From: Neophaeotheca triangularis
Taxonomy: Eukaryota
DNA: 64,000 bases
Assembly: GCA_054600435.1 (NCBI GenBank)
Contig: BAAIJX010000013.1
Span: 248,001-312,000 of the forward strand
Direction: 5' to 3'
Shown: positions 22,451-35,800 of the stretch, piece by piece
How the letters are laid out: each line of letters starts with the position of its first letter
Position numbering within the stretch: the stretch's first letter is position 1
Notes under the pieces: model-generated
Seen by the model: only the letters and a program-made list of their open reading frames with translations
Told to the model about the DNA's origin: nothing
Database searches by the model: none
Position numbers and translations under genes: made by a program

Positions 22451-25150
22451 TACGGGCAACTGTTCGAAAACATGCAGAAGCTGTGGTTGTTGCTGTTCGA
22501 CCATGGACTGATGAGAGCCGGCTTGTGGAATGGGGATCGACACTGTCGCTTGCACGTGGGCAGCAGCTGTGGGGAAAGAGGAGAGCCATTCGCGCGCCCT
22601 AGCCCCGCTTAACCACTTTAGCACATGACGATCTTCGCCCGACGGCAAAGGTTCTCAGCTCCGGTTCTGTGTAAAACAAGTCTTTGCGGAACACGATTCC
22701 GAGGCGAGGGGTTTTGGGGGCCCGCAGACCAGGTTTTGAACGCGAACGCTTTCTTTCCCTCAGGGAGGAACGGGGGTCCTCGCAATCGCTCGATACCCTC
22801 CCTCATTACTGACCGAGGGGTCTCGATTAGACTGGTATAGTAGTTATTAGTGGTAACGCTAGACGAGTATGTATATCCAGCCTAGCTCACACGAATGACA
22901 ATAATGATACAGTGTCGTTGTTGGTTGTCGGCGACGGCGAGATCGACAGAACGGCGTGTCCGAAACCTGACACATGACATGAGAAAGTCCCAAAAGAAAA
23001 AATTAAAGCATTAAAAATCGGCGAATTCCGACCTTGAAGAGAAGAAAGAGAGTTGCGTCCAATAACGAACGAGTGGAAGCGATTATTGAGCATCGCCGCT
23101 GCACTCTCACTCCAGCTCCACGCGGTGTTGCCGCTGTGTACCAACGAGGGGGCCGACCATTGTTCTCTACGGCAAGACGGCGCGGAGTCTATATCTGCTA
23201 GATGTCGATCACCCAGCAAGGCTCAGGGCGGGCAGGCAGGCTGTCCCGTAACCGTACTACTCGGCGCTGTTTGAGCCATGAAAAGTCTAGACAGTAAGTT
23301 AGTTAGTAGGTATGTAGTGCAAGTGCTGCAAGGAGACCGGTGAAGCCTGTGTGTAGTCACGAGAGAAGCAGAAATTGGAGCTCTGTTAGATGCTTTTAAC
23401 AATAATTCTCATTCGCCGCATCGTTATGAAGGGTGGCTTGGTCGGCTTTGCGTCCGGCGCAATTTGCCAAAACGCCTTTTTAGGGTGGGATTGCGAAGTG
23501 TCAAGTGATGTGAGTGGGTCATGTGCTTCACCGGTCGCTTTTGATTTATTTTTTTTATTTTTATTTTTATTGTGTCCCGCATGCACATCAGAACACGTGC
23601 CGGGTCCATGGGGCTTAGCTTGTCTCCCGTCCGGAGAAATTATGATTCGGTGCCGCGGTCAGGCTTGATTGTCCGTGTTGGTTAAGGAGGTAGCAGGTAG
23701 GTAGGGTTCACCGTGTTTCGTGAAGCGAAGGTGATGCCTGATGGGTGGTTTATCATCAGCCTCACGGCGAGTCGGCTTACATTTGGTCGGAAATTCTGAT
23801 GAGCCGTCGCGCTGCCGTTGTACCTACAGTAGCTCGCAGCGCCGGGCAATTTGTATCGCATGACAGGCTTCCGAAAGACGTCAAAAGAAAGCCATGAAGC
23901 TGTCGACAGTCGGGCAGCTTTCATCTTATTACCCAACAAGTCTTAATTGTACTATGTAGCCGAACACGGCCATTCCTACTAGCCGCACCAACGTTGCGCG
24001 TCTAATGGCTAGTATGTACAGTAGTAGTTTGCCCTAGGAGGGAATAATTGGTACTACTGCAGGTAAGCAGTATCGATTATTGCTATGTGCGTTGGAAACC
24101 TTGATGGGCAAGCCGTCACGTTTCCGCCGACGGCGACTGCGACTGCGAATGGGCTCGTCGGGTAAAGACGGTCATGAGAATGATTGAGATCGATACTGTA
24201 CCTAGCGCAGCTGCATGGGTGCCTGATGCAGTGACTTTTGTTTTAGACCTTGGAGCCTACCATCAACACACTTTGTGAAGCGAGAGCTTGATCATATCCA
24301 TGTACGTGTAGAACCATCTTCTGGGACGGCATCTCCTATCTGAAGTCCATCTCACGGAGCTGATCGCTGGGTCCGGATTCTCATACTTCTATACCCGCGG
24401 CGACTATGCTTGCAAACGGAGCACAGGAGATAGGTACCTGTGAGGCAAGTAGAAGCATGACAGCGTCTTGGACGCTCGGTAGACTCAAACTTTGCCGTGC
24501 CGACAAGCTGTTGTGGCTTTCAGAGTAGTGACGATATTCAGCCCACAGGCCAATGCCTTTGGAGAGGAATGTTCACGTTGCGCGAAGATGTATCTCCGAC
24601 TGCCTTCAAGTGAAGTGTGAACGGAGGAGGGAATGTTCAATGCAGCCCTGACGATGTGCTCCCATATGAGTGTAACATCACGTGATCCATGACTAAGCGG
24701 CCGGATGACTGCATGCCTTCCCAATGCATACACCTCCATGTAAACGGCCTGGACAAAGGTATTCTACACTCCGAGGACGACACAAATCAGCAGCTATGGA
24801 CCTCTTTGTTTGAGACGAACGACCTACATTCCCTAAGTCATCCATATCTCAAATCGCGGAAACTGCAGTCCACGGCGGTCACCATGTTCAAACCACTATC
24901 TCTGCTCTTCCGAGTCCACCATTCACATACGAACACGAGAATAATACAGAGTAGAAGAGAAGCAAAAAGAGGCTGAGAAGTGTTTCCAGCAAGGTCTGCG
25001 GAAAAGCGCGTACATCCAGTAATACTCGTCTCCCGACTGGAGCTGCTCCCAAAGGCTCAGCCGGCCGTTTTAGATAGGTAGTGTCGGACTAGGGATAGCA
25101 CTTGAAGGACCCACCCGGACTCTGCAGTGTCACACTGTAGAAGGGCTATC

Positions 25151-27772
25151 ATGGCCTCTATATTCACATACGAGCCTGACCCTCCCAGGGTATCTTCGCC
25201 TTGGGCAAAAGTAGAGACACCATCTCTGAAAGGAGAAGATCGTAATGATGGCGAGCAACTTTCGGAGGAATCTGAGGCCCTTTCATTGTCCACAGCTTCT
25301 GAGACTGGTGTGAAACGGTTGGATGCCGAACCACAACAGGGGCCTATAGAGTACAAACTGCATTTGCTCTTACGACCGCGACGCAAGTTCAGATCGACGA
25401 GTACCGGCGGCAACATCCCGGGCTCTCAGCATTCCAAGTTTACCCCCGGTCTCGCCATTCGGACGGCTTCTGAATCTACCCTTGAGGCTGGAGCCATATC
25501 GGGAACCACTACCCCCTTGACGCAGCAAACTCGGCACCATCGACTAGAGCAGCTAACTACGCAGCTTCTTTGGCGCCTCCAACAAAGTTCACCACACCAT
25601 ACATCATCTGCTTCTAATATAATCCTCCCGTCATTACCTGAAGCATTACCAGAATTACGAGCTCCCCAACAACCCGCAAAGCTCCTCCACGGCTTGGAAG
25701 AGAGTCAAGGAGCTTTGTATGAGATCGGTGTATCAGACGACGGAACATTGGTTGGCCTCGCGGAAGACGAAATGCAGGAGAGCATTAACAACCTTATGGC
25801 CATGGCAGGGTGTCTAGGCTGTACGGTTGATGTTTTACGCAAGGAAGTTGTTGGGGAGTGTGAGTGGATTGAGGAGACCTTTATCGCGCAGAAGGAACGT
25901 AGGATGAGGCGCTCTGGGAACCTCGTAGTGGTCGAGGCATTCGTTCAACCTCATCTATCAAGCGCAGCCCAGTTGACAAACGGACGAAGTCTGAATACAC
26001 GACATTCAACAGCACCCCAACTCGATCAGTCGTCGACAACAACGGATCAGCTTCGCGTTACCTTGACAGGGCCAACGATGTCTGGGAAGTCTTCCCTTTT
26101 GGGTTCCTTGACGACTTCTACACTCGATAATGGACGTGGGAAGAGCCGCTTGAGCATGTTGAAACACCGCCACGAGATTTCGTCAGGTGTAACCAGCTCA
26201 GTCACTCAGGAAATGCTAGGCTATAGCGATCTCTCTGAGAGCGGAGTGGCAATTGTCAATTATGCAACGGAAAACGTCGCTTCTTGGATCGATATCCACG
26301 TTGCCGCTGCCAACAGCCGACTGTGCCTCATCTCGGATTCTGCGGGACATCCAAGATACCGAAGGACTACGGTAAAGGGACTGGTCGGATGGGCGCCTCA
26401 TTGGACGGTCCTCTGCGTGCCCGCCGACGATGCAGAAAGCGCGAATGGCGCGAACGGCAGCACCCCAGGCGCTCAACAGTCCTTCGGAACAACTGTTGCG
26501 GACGCGGATCTTTCAGGCGCGCAGCTCGATCTGTGCCTCCGTCTTGGCTTATCTTTAGTAGTTGTGATCACCAAGCTTGATCTAGCATCTCGCGCCGGCC
26601 TTAAGGCCAGCTTAACTAAGGTACTTGATACACTCAAAGCAGCCGGACGAAAACCTGCCATATTGCCAAGTCCTTCCGGCACGACGAGCGCCGAATCTCT
26701 CCAGAGCGTCTCTGACGCAACGATGGCTGCTGTGCGCAACATTTTCGAAGACTACTCTCAACCATCTAGAGGCACCGTGCCAATCGTGCTGAGCAGCGCC
26801 TTGCAAGGTACGGGTATCAACAGTTTGCACGCTTTGCTGCGCGAGCTTCCCATTCCTAATGATCCATTATCGACGAGCACCAACGATGACGGCATCTTTC
26901 ACATAGAAGATATGTACAGCAAGCCCTCCGAGGTAGAGGGCATAATCGTGAGCGGGCGTATCCGAAGCGGGCAGCTTAACGTCGGTGATGTGGTCGCCAT
27001 TGGGCCATTCTCAGTGCTCGACTCCAACGATGACTCTGGCGACTCAGATGAGCGGCCCGCGAGAAGAAGACCTTCGCAACCTCAGCTCCCTACTTCGCGG
27101 TCCTTCCCGGGCGCTTTACGTACAACAAACGGCACATTTGGCGACTTCGGTTTCTCGAGAGAAGAGTGGCGGCGAGTCAAAATCATCAGTATCCGTAATC
27201 TCAGGCTTCCTGTGCACTCGCTACTTGCCGATCAAGTCGGCACCCTTGCCATTGTCGCAGTCGATAGCCAAGGAAAGGCTGCCCCGGAACCCGGTGTTCT
27301 TGGTGTACGCAAAGGTATGGTGCTTGCAGCCACGCAGCCTATCTCTTCCAGGTATTTTGTGGCTCAATTCAGGCGCGAAGACCTCGACGCTCTCGCAGTC
27401 GGCACCCAAGTCGTTGTCTACATTGCCAGCGTTCGAGCTTCGGCGCGAGTGATTTCCGCTAGAGCGCCAGACACCCCTACAGCTTTGGACGAAGACAAGA
27501 CGGAAAGCAGCCAGGAAGGAGAGACGTTCAATTTTGGCGAAGTAGGTGACGATGTCGACGGCCGCAACGAGAAGGTCGCTGGGTCGATTACTGCTCCCAA
27601 CCTCCTCGTAACGTTCAACTTCGAGAATGGGAAAGAGTTCGTCCAGGTCGACGATCAGGTGCTAGTGATGCCCGGAGGCGGGCCTGGCATTTACGCGCGC
27701 CAAGAGCGAGGGCAGAAGGGTGTGGCGGGTTTGGATGGTTTCGTGGGGACTGTGAAGGAGATTGCCGGCTGA
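25151..27772 (+). CDS. GTPBP1/GTPBP2-like translational GTPase
   Basis: N-terminal EPQQGPIEYKLHL and EALYEIGVSDDG-like motifs, P-loop GPTMSGKSS, KHRHEISSGVTSS, DSAGH, ITKLD, and an EF-Tu-like domain II. Confidence 0.8.
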   Translation: MASIFTYEPDPPRVSSPWAKVETPSLKGEDRNDGEQLSEESEALSLSTASETGVKRLDAEPQQGPIEYKLHLLLRPRRKFRSTSTGGNIPGSQHSKFTPGLAIRTASESTLEAGAISGTTTPLTQQTRHHRLEQLTTQLLWRLQQSSPHHTSSASNIILPSLPEALPELRAPQQPAKLLHGLEESQGALYEIGVSDDGTLVGLAEDEMQESINNLMAMAGCLGCTVDVLRKEVVGECEWIEETFIAQKERRMRRSGNLVVVEAFVQPHLSSAAQLTNGRSLNTRHSTAPQLDQSSTTTDQLRVTLTGPTMSGKSSLLGSLTTSTLDNGRGKSRLSMLKHRHEISSGVTSSVTQEMLGYSDLSESGVAIVNYATENVASWIDIHVAAANSRLCLISDSAGHPRYRRTTVKGLVGWAPHWTVLCVPADDAESANGANGSTPGAQQSFGTTVADADLSGAQLDLCLRLGLSLVVVITKLDLASRAGLKASLTKVLDTLKAAGRKPAILPSPSGTTSAESLQSVSDATMAAVRNIFEDYSQPSRGTVPIVLSSALQGTGINSLHALLRELPIPNDPLSTSTNDDGIFHIEDMYSKPSEVEGIIVSGRIRSGQLNVGDVVAIGPFSVLDSNDDSGDSDERPARRRPSQPQLPTSRSFPGALRTTNGTFGDFGFSREEWRRVKIISIRNLRLPVHSLLADQVGTLAIVAVDSQGKAAPEPGVLGVRKGMVLAATQPISSRYFVAQFRREDLDALAVGTQVVVYIASVRASARVISARAPDTPTALDEDKTESSQEGETFNFGEVGDDVDGRNEKVAGSITAPNLLVTFNFENGKEFVQVDDQVLVMPGGGPGIYARQERGQKGVAGLDGFVGTVKEIAG

Positions 27773-28409
27773 TACTGTACATACCACCTAGCTTCCTGGT
27801 TCTATGATGGGGCGTGTCCTGGTGTTGTATGGACGAACCGTGATGGTGATTGTAAATATTATCGAAGATTGCGAACTCGATGGCATGTGCTGGCCGGTAC
27901 ACAGTGTCGTAATGGCGCAATAAGGCCCGGGATTGCAGGTTTCGCAGCCGCCAATGACTACCTGATGGTTCCTACTCAGCTGTGCTGGATATTGTGTTGA
28001 GTAGCGTTTTCGGTCCCAGGCGAGAGTCCCCGTAATGTTGAAAAGACTTCTGGCCACGCAACACGCGATGGACACACCCGTACAATCAAGCCTGTGTTGT
28101 TGTAGAGTCGTTAAGCTTGTTGATTGTTCATCGACAAAGCACACAGATTCGCGCTCCCTCATCGCTAGCTATAGATATCGCACATGAAGAGCAAGCAAAT
28201 TGATTCATCAAAATGCTCACCTCACTTACCGTTAAACATCTTTTACTGGGATCAATAATTCGGGGGCGATGTTCCAAAGGGTCAGTGTTTGGGTCGATTT
28301 GGGCTTTTATCGATAAGCGCCTTCTTCACTTTGTGTAACTTTTTTCACGCCACAAGGGTTGAACCTTGGAAACAACACCGAGACAGCATCGAAATCACAC
28401 TTTTTCAGT

Positions 28410-29750
28410 ATGGCAGACTATGATAGCGACTCTTCGGGCGCTGGTGACGACATTGAAACCAACGTCCTCCTAGGTTATGCCTCAAAAGAACCCACAGGGG
28501 ATGACTTCAGCCAGCTTGGAGGCCACCCCGTAAGTCTCCCTACAATATATCTTCGGGATGTACAGGCCTGACCATAGACACAGATATGGCTCGATGGCCA
28601 AACAGCACCGGACGGCATCTTGGCAAAATGTAAAGTCTGCAACAGCCTCATGAACATGTACTTGCAGCTGAACGGGGACCTGCACGATCGCTTCCCGGGC
28701 CACGAAAGGAGGCTGTACGTTTTTGGCTGCCGGCGAAAAGCGTGCAGGCGTAAAGAGGGCAGCGTGCGAGGTTTCCGCGCGACTAAAGTCTCCACAAGTC
28801 ACAGCAAGCCCGCCGTCGAAGAGAGAAAGGGGCCTGAAGCTGCTGGACCAGGCGCGACCGAAAACACCAAACCCTCCACGAACATAGGAGAGACGCTCTT
28901 CGGCGCAAGGAGTCCCACCGGCCAGTCGAGCAACGCGAATCCCTTCGCCACACCATCAAGCGCAAGCACCGGATCCGCAAGCGCGAACCCTTTCGCCTCA
29001 GCGTCATCCCTCGCGGCCAAACCGCCCCAACCTCCTACCACGACAACACAAGAAGCCGAAGATCTCGCCGCGACCTTTGCGCAAAAAGCTAAAATCTCCT
29101 CATCTCCTGCAGGCACCCCCTCCCAGCCCCCCAAAAAGGCCTCGACCCCCGAACCCTGGCCAGAGAAATCCTCCTTCCCCTCCCCCTACCCAACCTACTA
29201 CATCGACGCGGACAAAGAATACCTCGAACCGCCCGACACGCAGCCCGCGGCCTCGCGCGCACGTGTCGACACTTCCGAAGCCTCGGGCGGTGCTGAAGAC
29301 AACAAGACCCTCTTCGAAAGCGCCATGGACAAGACGTTCCAGACTTTCGCCGACAGGCTCGCGCAGAACCCGGAGCAAATCCTGCGCTACGAGCATCGCG
29401 GCTCGCCGCTGCTGTACTCCAAGACTGACAGCGTGGGGAAAATGTTGGCGCCTGCCGATGAGGCTGCCGGCAGGGTCCAGACGGCGGGGAGCAAGGGCGG
29501 CTCGTCGCGGATGCCCAGGTGCGGCAACTGTGGCGGGGAGAGGGTGTTTGAGCTGCAGCTGGTGCCGCAGGCGATTGCTGAGTTGGAGGCTGAGGAGTTG
29601 GGGCTCGAGGGTATGGAGTGGGGGACTGTGATTCTGGGGACGTGTGCGAGCGATTGCGCTGAGCGCGGCAAGAGCGAGGGCGGTGTGGGGTATGTGGAAG
29701 AATGGGTGGGCGTGCAGTGGGAGGAGATTGCGAGCAAAGGATCGAAGTGA
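28410..29750 (+). CDS. TSR4: Tsr4/PDCD2L pre-rRNA processing factor and uS5 chaperone; intron 28530-28583 (alternative acceptor 28577)
   Basis: VLLGYA..., QLGGHP|IWLD, CKVC..LYVFGC..KAC and PDCD2_C motifs NPEQILRY, C.NCG..RVFELQL.P, GMEWGTVI. Confidence 0.88.
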
Positions 29751-29845
29751 TGTATGGGTTGCTGGTACTCCTAAGGACGCCTCGCTACGATGCCATATAC
29801 GCCTATACCTGCCCGCTTCCAGTGGGAAAACAAGCTCAAACCTTT

Positions 29846-32800
29846 TTAATTCTCTTCGTCCGCATACCTCTGCGTCCTCTCCTCAACCTTCGCCCTCAGC
29901 ATCTGAATAAAACTATACCCCAACCACCCCCCCTCCTTGCTATGACCCTGTTCCTGATGCCTCTCGGCCCACGCGAACAGCAGCCGCAAATTCCACAACT
30001 CATCTCTGGTGAAACGATCCCCAACCGCCCTCATCAGCATCAACCGCTCATCAACAATCGTCCCCTGATCCGAAAGTAGCAGCCCACTCTGCGGCTCCGG
30101 AGGCAGCACGAGCTCCATGGCCGCAATGTCCAGGTCCAGCTTCTTGATAGCAGGCAGCTGCAGGATCCAATCCCATGCACGGCCTTGGTCCCGGTGAAGT
30201 CGCGCGTCATTCAAAGCGGCGAAAGTGGCCCCGAATACCGTATCGTGGGCTTCGGAAGCCGGACAGCGGCGGACGAAGACAATCTGGCTCTTGCGGAAAG
30301 CAGCAAGATGTTGGGCGTTGAAAGCGAAATCCAGGGTAACGCGCCAATAGGCACGGTCATCGGTTTCGATTTGCGAGATGGTGTCAAGCTCTGGGAGGAG
30401 GCATGGCGCTTCCATCTGCCGGGTGGTGCCGTCTTTGAGAGTGACTTGCAGGGGCATGGGAATGGGGCGGTGGGTGTCGATATCCTGTATTACAATGCAC
30501 CGGGCATCGGCTGCGAAGATCCAGAAGTGGCGCAATGCTTGCAAGTGACAGCGATTGTCCTGCACATCGATTGGGAAGAGCGGATAAAATGCGCACATGA
30601 GACTCGCAATGGCCAGGTCCGAGGTGCAGAAGGTGTAGGTTCCGCCACCCAGGAAAAGGACACCGATTGCTAGATGTGCGGCCATGTGCGAGCCGTAAGT
30701 CGTTTCTGCGTTCGTGCGGCCGTGCTGGCGGCGCAGGTAACGGAAGGTGATGATGTCGCCGGTGCCTGCCATGACTGTTGCGGCCGAGAGAGCCAAGACG
30801 TCGATGCAGCGCCTGAGAGTCGCTCGAGCGAGTTTGGCGTCGTAGTAAAAGGCCTCTCCACGTTGCAGCTGAGAGTAGAGCGTATCAAGCAGCGACAGAA
30901 TTTCTTCACGAGCATTCGTATTTCCGGTGCCTGCGTATCTCAAGCCGAGTGCCCACGCCAAACCAGTGGCGATATTGTAGAATGGAATGTCGGAGCTAGA
31001 CGTTCGATAAGTAATGTTCTTCATGTCCTTTATTCGCCCTTGATAGCAGCGTGGGAGCTGGCTTTGGATCCACGTTGAGGTTCCCCGGTCAGATCCCTTT
31101 GCTTTGACATGATCCCACAGGATGACGTGCTTTGCGGCAGTACGTAGCAGCAGGATATCCGGTCTGACATGATCGAACTGCGTCTCAGTATCTGGTATGT
31201 TGATCTTCTGCGCCACGGCTTTGTTCCCAGACTTCATATATACCAAAGCGACGGCGATGACGGCTCCAGCAGTGGCTTGGTCGAAAACGTGCACAGCGTG
31301 TACCGGCCGTGGACCAACAGCCATTGCTAGTAGACGTTCAGGCAAGTGCATGCCATGCATACCTCGAAGATCCTTGCCCTTGCCCAAATTGATGAGGCCC
31401 AGCGCGAAGCCAGCGGCTAGCCTGTATGACTCGTCTCTCAACAGATCTGGCCCGTCATCTGGATCGCCCATGTCCATGTACTCTATCTCCGAGAGCATGA
31501 TCTCACTCATGCGGCGATGCTGTGAGTTGTAATAAAGAAGTCCTATTCCCATAAGTCCTGCAGTTTGTGTTGCGGGCGACACATTGAGCTCGGCAGCTCC
31601 GTACGGAAGCATCTTGGTGATATGCACCGACAGCATGCGAGTGATGAGGCTGTCCATCGTTCCCATGTACGATGCAGCAAGCCCAAGGAGCAAGCCAACA
31701 GAAGTCATGGTATGCTTCGGAGTGAGATACTTGAAAGATAGCCACTTTGCTAAATGTCGCAAATGGCCGCCGAGACCGAGCGCGAGCAAAAGACCAGCGT
31801 GGCGGTTTTTGAGCTCTTCGGGCTTGTTGAACACTACCCATGACGTGTCGATACCCTCAGAGTTGCGCGAAATCCGTAGACCAGCAGAAACACCGGCGTG
31901 GAAAAATGCCCAGTTGATTTTCTCTTCGCTCAGCCCAGTCCTGTCAGTCGTAACAGTATGGCCCATTGGTTGCATGATACACGACGAGCTGAAGCCGGAA
32001 AGATGGAACTTCTCAGTCAACAAAGGCGTTTGGCTGTCATAGTGAATCATAGCATCTCCTGGCGGCAGGGCTGTCGTGCGGATAGTGACCCAGTTCATCA
32101 CACGACGCTGTTGCTCGAAATGGAAGGTGTCCGTCCAGTCCGGCTGCTTCGCGCACTCCGCTACCTGAACGCTATTGAAGTGCATGAGGCTGGTCGCTTC
32201 CACCAAACGGCGATCTTCGTTGAAGATTAGTTGTGACACGGCGTGTCGGCCAGCTTCTCTAGTCTTCGTTGCCAAGACAGGCTGCTCCAGGGCATGTAGA
32301 ATAGTTTGCACATCGCGCGTAGCTTGCCCTGTCGTTGGAGATGGGATTGCGGTTGTGTGTTTTACAAGGCCGCTTCGAACCAGATCGCTGCGTCCGACTA
32401 ACCGCAGTAGCTCGTTGGTCCAGTCGGTAGGCGGCTCACGTTCACACCGCGCAATGGCTTCTCGAAACGGCAACGCAAAGGCAGCAGGGAAAGTTTCGAG
32501 CATTGTGCGTGTCACGCCATGATTGGCCATTGACTCGACTGTTCGTGTTGCTTTGCTTTGGAGACCGTCTGTCCGTGCGAGCAGGCTCCCGAGCATCGCA
32601 GTGCGTGGTGTCAGTTGCGCAGCATCTTTCAAGAGCCAAGTTGGCGGCTCTGAACCGTCGCCGAGCACGACAACATCGCTGAGCGATAAAAATGGTCGAG
32701 GAACACCCGTAATGCACTGTTCGTACCATTGGTAAATACCAACGGGCGCTTCCATAAGCATGTCAGACCGCATATCCGCACCTAATGTACCTTTGATCCA

Positions 32801-35800
32801 GACCCACTTTCCATCTTCTGGCTGTTCCAAGTCGTAATAGGAACCATCGGCATATCCCCACCCTTCAAGACCAAGCCAGGCTCCTAATTGTGCTATGGTG
32901 GGCACGAGGAAGGTGTAGTCATCAGCCAAGAGATTAAGCTTCTGCTCTTCGCGGAAAAGATGCAGACTATGCATGATTTTTCGAGCACAAATCGTTCGAG
33001 CTTCTCGGTCATCATTGTTCGTGAGCCATTGTGACTCTTCGCCCGCAACGGATGTTAGCAACTCGTCTGCGAGACCCGCACCGATGACAAGCAGCTGGTC
33101 CTTCAATGCGGAGTCTGCGGCCCGGCTGGACCTTGCTGGAGGCGAGGAAGACGTGCTACCAGTCGGTGCCTCCGCCATCCACGCCCAAGCATTTTCCGAG
33201 GAAGAATCAATGTAATTCCGAGCCCCCTTAGACAGCTGGGAAGTAGCTCGCCCAGCTCTGTGCTTACCCACCGCCATGCGTGAGACCCTGAGGCTGGCGC
33301 GTGCCTTTGGGTCGAGCGAACCGATAAAGTATACAAAGACGGCGGCCAAGAAGGCAACGTGTTCAGTGCTGTATGAGGTACCCGCCATAGCGTCCGGATG
33401 TCGGACCAGCCAGTCGTGGGCTCTGCACCACGCTTTACGTACCAAGCCTGGATCATGGCCAGTAAGAACATATTCACACAGCTGCAACACGCCGTCCAAT
33501 CGTTTGTCGTGAGGGCTCAGCTTGATCTGACGCCGGTGATGCATGCCATCCGAGCCTATCTCGTCAAAGCTACCGTGAGGGCCAACATGTTGCAATGTTA
33601 AAGGCGTGACTGGGGGCTGCGCTACTCTGTTTCGACCGATTTCCTCATCTTCGTGGTCCATTGAAAGCGGATTGCGCGAAAGGTCGTGAAACCGATAGGG
33701 CACTTGAGTGGGGATGGCACAGATCTCATTGGACTGCGGCGAGAACAAGATTGCTTTCCTCGAAAACAGCAAGGCTCGTAGTTGATCGTCTTTTAGGGCT
33801 GCGATATCATCGCATGGATCGGTCGTTGTCTCAAGCATTACAACAGGAATGGCAACCTTGAGGCGGCGCGATTCAGTTGGCCACAATGAACGATGCTTGA
33901 TGGTCAAATCCAACCGCGTCAGAGGATCATTAGCTCCATAGTGAAGGTACAGGCTCATATGTGTGTCTTGATCCGTTGATTGTGCGCGCTGACTTTGAAA
34001 GACTGCAACCTTGCAAGGAACAGTGCTGTTGGTATCACCTCCAACCGTGTCAAGCCGATTGGACAAGTCCATCGAGTGAACTTTACGAACCACCAGCTCA
34101 TGCTTATATACATCCGTTGAGTTCATGAGAATGCTTTCCGCCCCCGCTGCATCGTAGGTAGCTCGAATGTGGCGAAGGACACTTTCGATTGACTCTTCGC
34201 CGTCGGCGTCGAATTCGCTGTCAAGGTCCATCGAGTCGTCCTCCGGGCCAAGGCTCCTACTGAAAGTGCTGCCTGGAGTAGATGCTCTGCTCTTTCTACG
34301 ACCAAGACTACTGCGACCAATAGCCCCACCGAAAGAGGTATTACGGCGACTACCACCAGCTCCTCCAAAACTGGCACCGGCGGAAGTCTGGCTTGCTCTG
34401 GCATCCGCAGTCGAAAGCTCACCCCGGGAAACCAGCGAGCTGATCCTCCTGCTATCTCTAGTTTGCCGTCTTGGCTCACCAGGCTGATAGTCGGGATCGA
34501 GCTGAGAGGCCATTGCTTCTTCTTCGTCTTTTTTGGTCGGCCTCCGTGACGATGCCCTTGTAGTATGCTGGCTATCGCTCGCCAAACGCTTTGTACCACC
34601 GACCGCAAGACTTTCACGGCCACCATCTCGCGGTCGCGCGGCCGGCGTGGTCGCGCCCGTGCCAAGATTGGCGCTCAAAAAGGAGCTACGGCGCCTAGCC
34701 TTAGCAGCCTTCTGATCAGCTTTTTGGCGGAGCAAGGCTGCCAGTGACTTTTCCTCAATATACCAGGCGTGCCATATCGTAACTGTCCGCAGATCATAAT
34801 TCATGGTCACAAGCAGCATCAGCTCACCTCCGAGGTTGCCTCTCTTTCGCCCCAGCTCGCTTGCATGAGATGCATATACTACCCTCTCTGCAGGATCAAG
34901 TGCTTCAAACTCAACATTAAGGCCGCCCGGATTCCTGTTAGACAACCGTGGTTTCCAATGCTGATGAGAGTAGGTCACGACCCCTATCTCTGACAAGGGG
35001 CTGGTAAGCGTGTAGAGACCGGCAGCTTCTTCGTCAGAGTCTTCATTCGAGGCAGTGGAGAGGTTTTGGAACAAAGCGCTCAACTTCGTATCGGCACTAG
35101 GAAGTGCCGGCTTCTGTCGGTGCGAGGTTCCGAAGCTTTTGGCTACCGTAGGCGAATCCAGATAAGATGAAGTGGGTACTGCGGAGAGGAAAGAGTTCGG
35201 AGGCACAGCTGGTACTTTGGCGGTCGGCGCTCGAGGCGGTGGAGCAATCTTCCTTTGCAACAAAACTCCTCGCGGCGAAGCGAAAGCCTTCTGAACCTCA
35301 AAAGGAAGATTGACGATATGTCTCGCACCAGTTCCGGTATAGATGTGAGCTTTGGTCTTGAGCAAGACGACTAATGCTCGTCCGTGTTTGCTGGAATCCT
35401 GATTGTCTAACACTGGTTGGCGTACAGCGTCTCGCCGAGAAGTGCCATACTTTGGCTTCGACGGGGAGACTAGATTGGTGCTGCCGTTGGCAGAAAATGG
35501 AACTTCTAACTCCCCTCTTTGCCCATCTTGACCATATCTATCGTCCGGAAAACTGGTTAGGAGTGCTTGCACGACATTCTCTCCTTCTTGCTCGAAGCGG
35601 TAAACGTTGCGGACGAAGTCGCCTTGAGACCAGACTACACAATCCTTGGTTGCCAGAACTTCTTCTTGAACGTCGCCGTATGGCGTTTCGTATACGCTGG
35701 TCTCCCATTGATAAGAGTCTGGTCTCAGATTCCGCGGTAGCAGGCCTTCATTGATTAGGTAGGGCAGCGCTACCGGATGGTGAACGCCGAGAGAAGAAAT

